Below, in pieces: positions 25,080 through 38,912 of a stretch of 62,901 nt of DNA; positions within the stretch are counted from its first letter, which is position 1, and every line of letters begins with the position of its first letter. The translations under genes were made by a program, and so were the position numbers. Source of the DNA: Octopus sinensis (taxonomy: Eukaryota); contig NW_021833089.1 of NCBI RefSeq assembly GCF_006345805.1, positions 1-62,901 on the forward strand, read 5' to 3'. The notes under the pieces were generated by a model, which saw nothing but the letters and a program-made list of their open reading frames with translations, did not search any database and was not told where the DNA came from.

Positions 25080-25274
25080 TTGGGGAAATTTCGAACCTGG
25101 GTTCTCATTCCTAAGGTATTTTTCGATGTTGTTATTATTATTAAGGTCACTGCCTGGAATCGAACTTGGAGTTAGTAGCCAGCGCTCTTAACCTACGCCA
25201 TATGCCAGTGGGCAATTATGGAGTGAATTTTTAGGACTCATAAGTCTAATATTCTCCTATCCTTCCTTGATACC

Positions 25275-25502
25275 TATTTCTTTATTACCCACAGGGGCTA
25301 AACATAGAGGGGACAAACAAGGACAGACATAGGTATTAAGTCGATTATATCGACCCCAGAGCGTAACTGGTACTTAATTTATCGACCCCGAAAGGATGAA
25401 AGGCAAAGTTGACCTCGGCGGAATTTGAACTCACAACGTAACGACAGACGAAATACCGCTAAGCATTTCATCCGGCGTGCTAACGTTTCTGCCAGCTCGC
25501 CG
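25275..25502 (-). mobile_element. tRNA-derived SINE inserted only in Penelope copy 1
   Basis: Flanked by CCTTCCTTGATACC duplication (25261-25274, 25503-25516); the site is empty in copies 2 and 3. Head AAGGCGGCGAGCTGGCAGAAACGTTAGCACG. Confidence 0.88.
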
Positions 25503-27451
25503 CCTTCCTTGATACCGGTTCCCATATGCTGTTCATATCTGCACTTGGTCTGCTTAGGAGGTTGTTGTGTCCTAGCACATGTGCTGCTTCTTTTAGTTCT
25601 CGTATTTTCCAGTGGTGTTCACTGTCTATTATTTTAACTTTATCCCACAGGGGGAGGTGGTCTCCATTTTTTCATACATGATCAGCTATACCCGATTTAT
25701 CAATATCTCCTCGTGTCACAGCTTTGCGATGTTTCTCTATCATTATTTTGAAAGGGCGGCATGTTTCGCCTTTGTATAACCTACGACAACTGCATGCGAT
25801 GGAGTACACGCAGTTCTTAGTCATATTCTCTTCTGTTGGTGGTTTTACTCGAAAGAGATATTTGCGAAGTGTTATATTACTTTTGAATACTGTCCTGATG
25901 TCATATGGGCTACATATCTTTTGTATCTTTTCGGAGGGGCCTTCCACATAGGGTAGACAGACTGTGGACAGTTTATTGGTTTTATCCTCTCTTTTATTCA
26001 TAATTGGAGTGGAGAGAATGCTTTTGGGTAGTTGTTGCTCAATAGAGTGTTACTGAGCTTAATCAATTCTTTGTGGTGGGTATCACGATCGCTACTTATA
26101 TTCATTGCTCGATGTTTTAGGCACTGAGCAATCCATATCTTTACACTGTATGGATGACGGGAGTTGAAGTTGAGACATCGTCCAGTGAAGGTCGGCTTGC
26201 GGTATACGGATGTCCTGATAATTACTTGGTGCGTATAATTAATACGTCCAGGAATGCTAGCTGATTGTCTTTTTTCTTTTTCCATTGTGAACTGTATGGA
26301 TGGCTTTATTGAGTTCACATGATCTAACAGCACTGGGATATCTTCCTGGTGAGGCCAGAGTATGAAGGTGTCATCAACATATCGCAACCATAGGGTTGGT
26401 TTTAGTGTTGTAGATCCTAAAGTCAAATTCTCAAAGTATTCCATTATATATTGGCTATTATCGGTGATAATAGCGAACCAATAGCTAAACCCTCTTCTTG
26501 TTGATATATAGCAGTGTCCATATTTAAGTAGGTAGTTTCTACACAGAAGGTTGTAGTGACGCTATACAGCGGCGCGCGCGCGCACCGTCCATTCCTGTTT
26601 CGCGCGTGCGGGGTTGGTGCTTTCACCACGGAAGTAGGACCCTTTTGCCTACGTGGCAGTTAGCCGAGGCAAGGGGATCGTAGAGCGTTTGACCACTAGC
26701 AGCAGTCAGCAGCGACTTGAGACATGGCTATCGAAGGTACAACACGTATATTCTCTCTGTCCAATTTTGATAGCAGTCGGCCGAAGGCTTTAACCAAATT
26801 GTTGCAGACTACATCATCTTCCTTTCTCCGGACGCCATCTTTGACAAGTGTCGTTTTGCATTTGAACACTTTCTTATTTTACAGCGATAAGGTTCAGCTG
26901 AGACACATCTATACCAAAGGGATGCCAGATACACCAATTATCTGTTACCACATAAGAGAATAAAGTAGATATATATTATTTACGTCTGCGTCTTGTTGTT
27001 TCTGACTGGTAGAGAATCTGGATTATTAAAGCAACGGAAAGTGATTGCTTCTCGCACCCCCAAAAGGTCCAGAGAAGATATTCACACGAGTTCGTTACAA
27101 GGTTAACATTTCCATCAAGTTTCTTATTGGTATACTAGTGCGTTCTTTTAGATGGATGACTATCACTAGTTTTTCTTGAATCACCGATAGTGCTTCACCA
27201 GTTGGGACTTTAGTGAACAGACTTATCACATCTAGACTCACCATCTGGTTGTATTCATCCACTGAGCCGCTTCCTTGTGGATATAATCAGTCCATTAGCA
27301 GAACAGTCAACATCGTACGTGAAGAATTCCACCCACTTCACAGAATTGAATCAAGCCAAGTGGTGAGTCTAGATGTGATATCAACAACACCAACAACAAC
27401 AACATCGAAAAATACCTTAAGAATGAGAACTCATGTTCGAAATTTCCCCAA

Positions 27452-27497
27452 GACACCTGATGAAGATTGGGGGGTATGTCAGCCGAAAAGTTTTGTT
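27452..27497 (+). ncRNA. Minimal hammerhead ribozyme motif in inverted pLTR (CTGATGA core intact, stem III mutated)
   Basis: GACAC-CTGATGA-agattggggggtatgtcagcc-GAAAA-GTT-TTGTT; equivalent motifs occur in copies 2 and 3. Confidence 0.65.
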
Positions 27498-28492
27498 AAC
27501 AACAAAAAAGATGAAGACAAATATCCGTCAACTGTAAATAACGTAAATAATGTACATAATTCCTCATCTCTTATATATAGAACAGCAAGAATATTGTTAT
27601 ACTCTGCTACTTTACTATATCAAATTGACTGCAATAGTCATATTTTACAACTTTTACTGTTCCATATAAATTTTTTTTTGTTTTTTGTTTTTGAAATCGT
27701 AATCGAATGGGCCAAAGGCATAAGTAATTCTCCGCGAGAACAAACAAAAGTTTGCATAGATAACGGGGTTTTATCTTCATTATATATAATGAAAGAATTA
27801 AAAGTATTTCAAAAACGTTTCTAAAAATGAATTATTTTTATATTCAATGTCATTTGTCCTCTGAATATTTCAAATCTATAATGATTTTCAATTGTTTTTA
27901 ATATTCTGAAGATGCCTAAAATTTCCGTAGAAAGGTGGAAATTTGCGCCATGGCAAATTCCGTGTGCGCAGTGGAAGTGCCATGCGGCCTAAATTTAGGT
28001 AGGAATAATTCTGAATTAAATTCTGATTTCACTTCCGTAGAAAAGTACTCAATATAACACTAAACTTAATAATTAGAAAAGCAGAGAAAGCATTGGAATT
28101 ACCTTTGTGTGTGCGTGTATATGTGTGTTTGTCAGTGTATGAGTTTTGTCGAGAACCCAGATACAAATTCTGGATGAGCAACCGATGGCTTTGTGCAGGT
28201 ATAAACAGAAAAATAAACGTCAGTCTAATGGCCTTGACATCATCAAACAAAGGTCACTTCTGTATGAAGTCATATACCAAACATATAAAAACATAAATAT
28301 GATATAAAAACTAAATATTTGGCATTCTTGTATTAGTTAAACAATTAAATATATACAACCGATGCATAGCCACTAAAGAAATCTATTGCTACTATTCACG
28401 GGAATTAATGAATAACAATAAAGTGAAAAGCAATATCAGTGATTGTATAGGGTTGATTTTCTGTTAAGTTGAAAAATGGCGTCAGTTTCGGT

Positions 28493-28632
28493 AGCTTTGC
28501 GCAGAGGCGGTACCATGGCCAATGAGGTAAATCCGAGGCGTGGTTATTGCTAGTTGAAAACTATTCCCAATACCCCGCGTTGCTATCCATAATAGATAGC
28601 AAGCGCAATTTTTACTCACCTCTGAGGAGGTG
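28493..28632 (+). ncRNA. U4: U4 snRNA, array variant, copy 3
   Basis: As copy 1 except GATAGCAAGCGC (A>G in the 3' stem-loop, shared with copy 6). Confidence 0.96.
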
Positions 28633-29879
28633 CAATATCAATTGAAAAATAGACATTAATATAGCCTTTTGGTTGGAAAACTTACAGTCCCGTTGATCAT
28701 TTAGTGCATATCGTCGTCATTTTTTGGCAATGATGCATAGGAACGACAGCTAGTTCAAAATTAATAACTCACTATTTCGGTAGCTAAAAGGCACTAAATA
28801 TTAAAATATAAAAGTGAGGTATCAAAGAATGGCAACTGAGCAAAAACAACATAAAGGGGTGTAAATATCAATATATTTATTGAAAACAAAAGAGGAACTA
28901 ACGTAATTACATTAAAATCAATTAACATAATTGCTTTCACACAATTTCTTTTGGTGTCTAAACAGCAGTTTCTCATGATTTATAAACACCAATGGATCCA
29001 ATTTTCTTTAACAGTTTGCTAAGATGTTTATAATCATAACAACAATTTTCACTTCACTTCGGTAAAGTGCATGTTAGATGGTGCAATATCAATTAAAGAA
29101 TAGACATTAATATAGCCTTTTAGTCGGAAAACCTATTGCAATCGTTCTCTGTTTAAATGATTCCCTTAACTTAGAGTCCCATTGACCATTTAGTGCGTAT
29201 CGTCGTCATTTTTTTGGCATGATGCATAGGAACGACTGCCAATACAAATTTTATAACTTACTATTTCGATAGCTAAATATTAAAACATAACAGTGATAGG
29301 TATCAAAGAATAGCAGCTAAGCAAAAAATACATAAAGGGGTATACATATCAAAATATCTGTTTAAAAAAAAAAGGAACTATCGTAATTAAATTGAAATCG
29401 AATTAACATAATTGCTTTCACACAATTTCTGTTCCTTTTCTTTTGATGTCCAAAGAGCAGTTTCTCGTGATTTATAAACATCTATGGGCCCTGTTTTTTT
29501 TTTGTTTTTTGTTTTTTTCAACAGTTTGCTAAGACGTTTATGATCATAACGACAATTGTCACTTCGGTAATGTGCATGTGAGATGTTCAAATTTTCTTAG
29601 TGTTCAAACTTTCTATGCTCATCTGATTTCTTAAAATTCATATAGTTGAATACTCTGTCCAAGTCAGCATATTATGTGGTAAAATGCAAAGTGCTAAAGC
29701 TAATTTACACTAATGTCCGAATTAACATTACATAGTTGAATGCGATGATACTCCAATCCAGAAATAAACTGTTCTTCGGACATTTGAATTTTCTTTTATA
29801 GCTAAACACTAAAAATTGCAATTTAAAAATGAATCAGTATGTTGAAACGGTATATATAAAAATTAACAGCAAGAATATT

Positions 29880-32223
29880 ATTTACAATTGATGGATATTT
29901 GTCCTCATCTTGTTTGTTGTTAACACAACGTTTCGGCTGATATACCCTCAAGCATTAATCTGGTGTCTTGGGGAAATTTCGAACCTGGGTTCTCATTCCT
30001 AAGGTATTTTTCGATGTTGTTATTATTATTAAGGTCACTGCCTGGAATCGAACTTGGAGTTAGTAGCCAGCGCTCTTAACCCTACGCCATATGCCAGTGG
30101 GCAATTATGGAGTGAATTTTAGGACTCATAAGTCTAATATTCTCCTATCCTTCCTTGATACCGGTTCCCATATGCTGTTCATATCTGCACTTGGTCTGCT
30201 TAGGAGGTTGTTGTGTCCTAGCACATGTGCTGCTTCTTTTAGTTCTCGTATTTTCCAGTGGTGTTCACTGTCTATTATTTTAACTTTATCCCACAGGGGG
30301 AGGTGGTCTCCATTTTTTCATACATGATCAGCTATACCCGATTTATCAATATCTCCTCGTGTCACAGCTTTGCGATGTTTCTCTATCATTATTTTGAAAG
30401 GGCGGCATGTTTCGCCTTTGTATAACCTACGACAACTGCATGCGATGGAGTACACGCAGTTCTTAGTCATATTCTCTTCTGTTGGTGGTTTTACTCGAAA
30501 GAGATATTTGCGAAGTGTTATATTACTTTTGAATACTGTCCTGATGTCATATGGGCTACATATCTTTTGTATCTTTTCGGAGGGGCCTTTCACATAGGGT
30601 AGACAGACTGTGGACAGTTTATTGGTTTTATCCTCTCTTTTATTCATAATTGGAGTGGAGAGAATGCTTTTGGGGTAGTTGTTGCTCAATAGAGTGTTAC
30701 TGAGCTTAATCAATTCTTTGTGGTGGGTATCACGATCGCTACTTATATTCATTGCTCGATGTTTTAGGCACTGAGCAATCCATATCTTTACACTGTATGG
30801 ATGACGGGAGTTGAAGTTGAGACATCGTCCAGTGAAGGTCGGCTTGCGGTATACGGATGTCCTGATAATTACTTGGTGCGTATAATTAATACGTCCAGGA
30901 ATGCTAGCTGATTGTCTTTTTTCTTTTTCCATTGTGAACTGTATGGATGGCTTTATTGAGTTCACATGATCTAACAGCACTGGATATCTTCCTGGTGAGG
31001 CCAGAGTATGAAGGTGTCATCAACATATCGCAACCATAGGGTTGGTTTTAGTGTTGTAGATCCTAAGTCAAATTCTCAAAGTATTCCATTATATATTGGC
31101 TATTATCGGTGATAATAGCGAACCAATAGCTAAACCCTCTTCTTGTTGATATATAGCAGTGTCCATATTTAAGTAGGTAGTTTCTACACAGAAGGTTGTA
31201 GTGACGCTATACAGCGGCGCGCGCGCGCACCGTCCATTCCTGTTTCGCGCGTGCGGGGTTGGTGCTTTCACCAACGGAAGTAGGACCCTTTTGCCTACGT
31301 GGCAGTTAGCCGAGGCAAGGGGATCGTAGAGCGTTTGACCACTAGCAGCAGTCAGCAGCGACTTGAGACATGGCTATCGAAGGTACAACACGTATATTCT
31401 CTCTGTCCAATTTTGATAGCAGTCGGCCGAAGGCTTTAACCAAATTGTTGCAGACTACATCATCTTCCTTTCTCCGGACGCCATCTTTGACAAGTGTCGT
31501 TTTGCATTTGAACACTTTCTTATTTTACAGCGATAAGGTTCAGCTGAGACACATCTATACCAAAGGGATGCCAGATACACCAATTATCTGTTACCACATA
31601 AGAGAATAAAGTAGATATATATTATTTACGTCTGCGTCTTGTTGTTTCTGACTGGTAGAGAATCTGGATTATTAAAGCAACGGAAAGTGATTGCTTCTCG
31701 CACCCCCAAAAGGTCCAGAGAAGATATTCACACGAGTTCGTTACAAGGTTAACATTTCCATCAAGTTTCTTATTGGTATACTAGTGCGTTCTTTTAGATG
31801 GATGACTATCACTAGTTTTTCTTGAATCACCGATAGTGCTTCACCAGTGGGACTTTAGTGAACAGACTTATCACATCTAGACTCACCATCTGGTTGTATT
31901 CATCCACTGAGCCGCTTCCTTGTGGATATAATCAGTCCATTAGCAGAACAGTCAACATCGTACGTGAAGAATTCCACCCACTTCACAGAATTGAATCAAG
32001 CCAAGTGGTGAGTCTAGATGTGATATCAACAACACCAACAACAACAACATCGAAAAATACCTTAAGAATGAGAACTCATGTTCGAAATTTCCCCAAGACA
32101 CCTGATGAAGATTGGGGGGTATGTCAGCCGAAAAGTTTTGTTAACAACAAAAAAGATGAAGACAAATATCCGTCAACTGTAAATAACGTAAATAATGTAC
32201 ATAATTCCTCATCTCTTATATAG
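29880..32223 (-). mobile_element. Penelope-like element with inverted structure, copy 2
   Basis: Same TSD (29865-29879, 32224-32238) and organisation as copy 1, without the SINE. Confidence 0.9.
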
Positions 32224-33135
32224 AACAGCAAGAATATTGTTATACTCTGCTACTTTACTATATCAAATTGACTGCAATAGTCATATTTTACAACTTTTAC
32301 TGTTCCATATAAATTTTTTTTTGTTTTTTGTTTTTGAAATCGTAATCGAATGGGCCAAAGGCATAAGTAATTCTCCGCGAGAACAAACAAAAGTTTGCAT
32401 AGATAACGGGGTTTTATCTTCATTATATATAATGAAAGAATTAAAAGTATTTCAAAAACGTTTCTAAAAATGAATTATTTTTATATTCAATGTCATTTGT
32501 CCTCTGAATATTTCAAATCTATAATGATTTTCAATTGTTTTTAATATTCTGAAGATGCCTAAAATTTCCGTAGAAAGGTGGAAATTTGCGCCATGGCAAA
32601 TTCCGTGTGCGCAGTGGAAGTGCCATGCGGCCTAAATTTAGGTAGGAATAATTCTGAATTAAATTCTGATTTCACTTCCGTAGAAAAGTACTCAATATAA
32701 CACTAAACTTAATAATTAGAAAAGCAGAGAAAGCATTGGAATTACCTTTGTGTGTGCGTGTATATGTGTGTTTGTCAGTGTATGAGTTTTGTCGAGAACC
32801 CAGATACAAATTCTGGATGAGCAACCGATGGCTTTGTGCAGGTATAAACAGAAAAATAAACGTCAGTCTAATGGCCTTGACATCATCAAACAAAGGTCAC
32901 TTCTGTATGAAGTCATATACCAAACATATAAAAACATAAATATGATATAAAAACTAAATATTTGGCATTCTTGTATTAGTTAAACAATTAAATATATACA
33001 ACCGATGCACAGCCACCAAAGAAATCTATTGCTACTATTCACGGGAATTAATGAATAACAATAAAGTGAAAAGCAATATCAGTGATTGTATAGGGTTGAT
33101 TTTCTGTTAAGTTGAAAAATGGCGTCAGTTTCGGT

Positions 33136-33275
33136 AGCTTTGCGCAGAGGCGGTACCATGGCCAATGAGGTAAATCCGAGGCGTGGTTATTGCTAGTTGA
33201 AAACTATTCCCAATACCCCGCGTTGCTATCTATAATAGATAGCAAACGCAATTTTTACTCACCTCTGAGGAGGTG
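33136..33275 (+). ncRNA. U4: U4 snRNA, array variant, copy 4
   Basis: As copy 1 except CTATCTATAATAGATAG (C>T, extends the 3' stem by one pair). Confidence 0.96.
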
Positions 33276-34526
33276 CAATATCAATTGAAAAATAGACATT
33301 AATATAGCCTTTTGGTTGGAAAACTTACAGTCCCGTTGATCATTTAGTGCATATCGTCGTCATTTTTTGGCAATGATGCATAGGAACGACAGCTAGTTCA
33401 AAATTTAATAACTCACTATTTCGGTAGCTAAAAGGCACTAAATATTAAAATATAAAAGTGAGGTATCAAAGAATGGCAACTGAGCAAAAAACAACATAAA
33501 GGGGTGTAAATATCAATATATTTATTGAAAACAAAAGAGGAACTAACGTAATTACATTAAAATCAAATTAACATAATTGCTTTCACACAATTTCTTTTGG
33601 TGTCTAAACAGCAGTTTCTCATGATTTATAAACACCAATGGATCCAATTTTCTTTAACAGTTTGCTAAGATGTTTATAATCATAACAACAATTTTCACTT
33701 CACTTCGGTAAAGTGCATGTTAGATGGTGCAATATCAATTAAAGAATAGACATTAATATAGCCTTTTAGTCGGAAAACCTATTGCAATCGTTCTCTGTTT
33801 AAATGATTCCCTTAACTTAGAGTCCCATTGACCATTTAGTGCGTATCGTCGTCATTTTTTTGGCATGATGCATAGGAACGACTGCCAATACAAATTTTAT
33901 AACTTACTATTTCGATAGCTAAATATTAAAACATAACAGTGATAGGTATCAAAGAATAGCAGCTAAGCAAAAAATACATAAAGGGGTATACATATCAAAA
34001 TATCTGTTTAAAAAAAAAAGGAACTATCGTAATTAAATTGAAATCGAATTAACATAATTGCTTTCACACAATTTCTGTTCCTTTTCTTTTGATGTCCAAA
34101 GAGCAGTTTCTCGTGATTTATAAACATCTATGGGCCCTGTTTTTTTTTTTGTTTTTTGTTTTTTTCAACAGTTTGCTAAGACGTTTATGATCATAACGAC
34201 AATTGTCACTTCGGTAATGTGCATGTGAGATGTTCAAATTTTCTTAGTGTTCAAACTTTCTATGCTCATCTGATTTCTTAAAATTCATATAGTTGAATAC
34301 TCTGTCCAAGTCAGCATATTATGTGGTAAAATGCAAAGTGCTAAAGCTAATTTACACTAATGTCCGAATTAACATTACATAGTTGAATGCGATGATACTC
34401 CAATCCAGAAATAAACTGTTCTTCGGACATTTGAATTTTCTTTTATAGCTAAACACTAAAAATTGCAATTTAAAAATGAATCAGTATGTTGAAACGGTAT
34501 ATATAAAAATTAACAGCAAGAATATT

Positions 34527-36856
34527 ATTTACAATTGATGGATATTTGTCCTCATCTTGTTTGTTGTTAACACAACGTTTCGGCTGATATACCCTCAAGC
34601 ATTAATCTGGTGTCTTGGGGAAATTTCGAACCTGGGTTCTCATTCCTAAGGTATTTTTCGATGTTGTTATTATTATTAAGGTCACTGCCTGGAATCGAAC
34701 TTGGAGTTAGTAGCCAGCGCTCTTAACCCTACGCCATATGCCAGTGGGCAATTATGGAGTGAATTTTAGGACTCATAAGTCTAATATTCTCCTATCCTTC
34801 CTTGATACCGGTTCCCATATGCTGTTCATATCTGCACTTGGTCTGCTTAGGAGGTTCTCGTATTTTCCAGTGGTGTTCTCTGTCTATTATTTTAACTTTA
34901 TCCCACAGGGGGAGGTGGTCTCCATTTTTCCATACATGATCAGCTATACCCGATTTATCAATATCTCCTCGTGTCACAGCTTTGCGATGTTTCTCTATCA
35001 TTATTTTGAAAGGGCGGCATGTTTCGCCTTTGTATAACCTACGACAACTGCATGCGATGGAGTACACGCAGTTCTTAGTCATATTCTCTTCTGTTGGTGG
35101 TTTTACTCGAAAGAGATATTTGCGAAGTGTTATATTACTTTTGAATACTGTCCTGATGTCATATGGGCTACATATCTTTTGTATCTTTTCGGAGGGGCCT
35201 TTCACATAGGGTAGACAGACTGTGGACAGTTTATTGGTTTTATCCTCTCTTTTATTCATAATTGGAGTGGAGAGAATGCTTTTGGGGTAGTTGTTGCTCA
35301 ATAGAGTGTTACTGAGCTTAATCAATTCTTTGTGGTGGGTATCACGATCGCTACTTATATTCATTGCTCGATGTTTTAGGCACTGAGCAATCCATATCTT
35401 TACACTGTATGGATGACGGGAGTTGAAGTTGAGACATCGTCCAGTGAAGGTCGGCTTGCGGTATACGGATGTCCTGAATAATTACTTGGTGCGTATAATT
35501 AATACGTCCAGGAATGCTAGCTGATTGTCTTTTTTCTTTTTCCATTGTGAACTGTATGGATGGCTTTATTGAGTTCACATGATCTAACAGCACTGGGATA
35601 TCTTCCTGGTGAGGCCAGAGTATGAAGGTGTCATCAACATATCGCAACCATAGGGTTGGTTTTAGTGTTGTAGATCCTAAAGTCAAATTCTCAAAGTATT
35701 CCATTATATATTGGCTATTATCGGTGATAATAGCGAACCAATAGCTAAACCCTCTTCTGTTGATATAGCAGTGTCCATATTTAAGTAGGTAGTTTCTACA
35801 CAGAAGGTTGTAGTGACGCTATACAGCGGCGCGCGCGCGCACCGTCCATTCCTGTTTCGCGCGTGCGGGGTTGGTGCTTTCACCACCGGAAGTAGGACCC
35901 TTTTGCCTACGTGGCAGTTAGCCGAGGCAAGGGGATCGTAGAACGTTTGACCACTAGCAGCAGTCAGCAGCGACTTGAGACATGGCTATCGAAGGTACAA
36001 CACGTATATTCTCTCTGTCCATTTTTGATAGCAGTCGGCCGAAGGCTTTAACCAAATTGTTGCAGACTACATCATCTTCCTTTCTCCGGACGCCATCTTT
36101 GACAAGTGTCGTTTTGCATTTGAACACTTTCTTATTTTACAGCGATAAGGTTCAGCTGAGACACATCTATACCAAAGGGATGCCAGATACACCAATTATC
36201 TGTTCCACATAGAGAGAATAAAGTAGATATATATTATTTACGTCTGCGTCTTGTTGTTTCTGACTGGTAGAGAATCTGGATTATTAAAGCAACGGAAAGT
36301 GATTGCTTCTCGCACCCCCAAAAGGTCCAGAGAAGATATTCACACGAGTTCATTACAAGGTTAACATTTCCATCAAGTTCTTATTGGTATACTAGTGCGT
36401 TCTTTTAGATGGATGACTATCACTAGTTTTTCTTGAATCACCGATAGTGCTTCACCAGTTGGGACTTTAGTGAACAGACTTATCACATCTAGACTCACCA
36501 TCTGGTTGTATTCATCCACTGAGCCGCTTCCTTGTGGATATAATCAGTCCATTAGCAGAACAGTCAACATCGTACGTGAAGAATTCCACCCACTTCACAG
36601 AATTGATCAAGGATACCCCCATTGAATCCAGCCAGGTGGTGAGTCTAGATGTGATATCAACAACACCAACAACAACAACATCGAAAAATACCTTAAGAAT
36701 GAGAACTCATGTTCGAAATTTCCCCAAGACACCTGATGAAGATTGGGGGGTATGTCAGCCGAAAAGTTTTGTTAACAACAAAAAAGATGAAGACAAATAT
36801 CCGTCAACTGTAAATAACGTAAATAATGTACATAATTCCTCATCTCTTATATATAG
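34527..36856 (-). mobile_element. Penelope-like element with inverted structure, copy 3
   Basis: Same TSD (34512-34526, 36857-36871). Has a private ~30-bp deletion near 34855 and retains a short in-frame segment (ELIKDTPIES) near 36605 that is deleted in copies 1 and 2. Confidence 0.9.
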
Positions 36857-37767
36857 AACAGCAAGAATATTGTTATACTCTGCTACTTTACTATATCAAA
36901 TTGACTGCAATAGTCATATTTTACAACTTTTACTGTTCCATATAAATTTTTTTTTGTTTTTTGTTTTTTGAAATCGTAATCGAATGGGCCAAAGGCATAA
37001 GTAATTCTCCGCGAGAACAAACAAAAGTTTGCATAGATAACGGGGTTTTTATCTTCATTATATATAATGAAAGAATTAAAAGTATTTCAAAAACGTTTCT
37101 AAAAATGAATTATTTTTATATTCAATGTCATTTGTCCTCTGAATATTTCAAATCTATAATGATTTTCAATTGTTTTTATATTATGAAGATGCCTAAAATT
37201 TCCGTAGAAAGGTGGAAATTGCGCCATGGCAAATTCCGTGTGCGCAGTGGAAGTGCCATGCGGCCTAAATTTAGGTAGGAATAATTCTGAATTAAATTCT
37301 GATTTCACTTCCGTAGAAAAGTACTCAATATAACACTAAACTTAATAATTAGAAAAGCAGAGAAAGCATTGGAATTACCTTTGTGTGTGCGTGTATATGT
37401 GTGTTGTCAGTGTATGAGTTTTGTCGAGAACCCAGATACAAATTCTGGATGAGCAACCGATGGCTTTGTGCAGGTATAAACAGAAAAATAAACGTCAGTC
37501 TAATGGCCTTGACATCATCAAACAAAGGTCACTTCTGTATGAAGTCATATACCAAACATAGGAAAAGAGAAATATGATATAAAAACTAAATATTTGGCAT
37601 TCTTGTATTAGTTAAACAATTAAATATATACAACCGATGCACAGCTACTAAAGAAATCTGTTGCTACTATTCACGGGAATTAATGAATAACAATAAAGTG
37701 AAAAGCAATATCAGTGATTGTATAGGGTTGATTTTCTGTTAAGTTGACAAATGGCGTTATTTTCGGT

Positions 37768-37907
37768 AGCTTTGCGCAGAGGCGGTACCATGGCCAATGA
37801 GGTAAATCCGAGGCGTGGTTATTGCTAGTTGAAAACTATTCCCAATACCCCGCGTTGCTATCCATAATAGATAGCAAACGCAATTTTTACTCACCTCTGA
37901 GGAGGTG
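37768..37907 (+). ncRNA. U4: U4 snRNA, array variant, copy 5
   Basis: Identical to copy 1. Confidence 0.96.
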
Positions 37908-38639
37908 CAATATCAATTAAAGAATAGACATTAATATAGCCTTTTGGTTGGAAAACCTACTGCAGTTGTAGTATCAGTCGGTCTCTGTTTAAATGGTCTC
38001 CTCAGAGTCCCGTTGATCATTTAGTGCGTATCGTCGTCATTTTTTGGCAATGATGCATAGGAACGACAGCTACTTCAAAATTTAATAACTCACTATTTCG
38101 GTAGCTAAAAGGCACTAAATATTAAAATATAAAAGTTACAGGTAGCAAAGAATAGCAACTGAGCAAAAAGTCACATAAAGGGGTGTATTGTAATATCAAT
38201 ATTTATTAACAACAAAAGAGGAGCTAACGTAATTGAATTAAAATCAAATTAACATAATTGCTTTCACACAATTACTTTTGATGTTCAAACAGCAGTTTCT
38301 CATGATTTATAAACATCTATGGGTCCAGTTTGCTAAGATGTTTATAATCATAACAATTTTCACTTCGGTAAAGTGCATGTGTGATGTTCAAACTTTCTAT
38401 GCTCATCTGATTTCATAAAATTCATATTGTTGAATACTCTGGACATTTCAGGAAATTATGTGGGAAAAGGAAAAGCGCTAAAGCTAATTTAGATAAATGT
38501 CCGAATTGGTATTAAACAGTCGAATGCGATGATACTACAATCCAGAAATAAACCGTTCATCGTACATAATTTTCTTTTTTTTTTTTTTTTAGCTAAACAT
38601 TAAAAATTGCAATTTAAAAATATAATATAATCAGTATTG

Positions 38640-38912
38640 ATTGATTGATTCTAGTTTCAGCTTATGAGCTGTGGCCATGCTGGGGCACCGCCATTTGGTG
38701 TTGCTACTTGGTTTCACTTCATGGAGGCTTTCTAGCAACTGCTATTTTGTGCATGAGAGAGTTCGATGCAGCTGCCCTCATCTGCCCCTCCTGCCGTGAA
38801 GTTGGTTCATCTGGGACACCTGACAGGAAGAGATCCAGCTTCATTTTAAAGACATCTGTATCCACCCCATGCAGGTCTCTCAGGTTCTTCGGGAGGATAT
38901 TGAAGAGCTGTG
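38640..38912 (-). mobile_element. 5'-truncated CR1-type LINE 3' end
   Basis: LFNILPKNLRDLHGVDTDVFKMKLDLFLSGVPDEP...AAASNSL followed by a (TCAA)n tail; interrupts the spacer motif AATCAGTAT|GTTGAAAATT that is intact in unit 1. Confidence 0.8.

Larger units (their letters stand above)
24992..27580 (-). mobile_element. Penelope-like element with inverted structure, copy 1
   Basis: 15-bp TSD AACAGCAAGAATATT (24977-24991 and 27581-27595). Minus strand: GLAIGSLLSPIIANI.MEYFE, LRYVDDTF, GIY-YIG-like NCVYSIACSC..LYKGETCR, then pLTR. Plus strand: RT N-terminal piece (RFLVDIISPLAEQSTSYVKNSTHF..VVSLDV) and an oppositely oriented pLTR. Confidence 0.9.

Noticed and set aside
27213-27824. 203-aa ORF (and equivalents at 31858 and 36534) as a novel gene
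   Set aside because: It is a chance read-through across a Penelope RT fragment, pLTR and AT-rich spacer; length and frame differ between copies.
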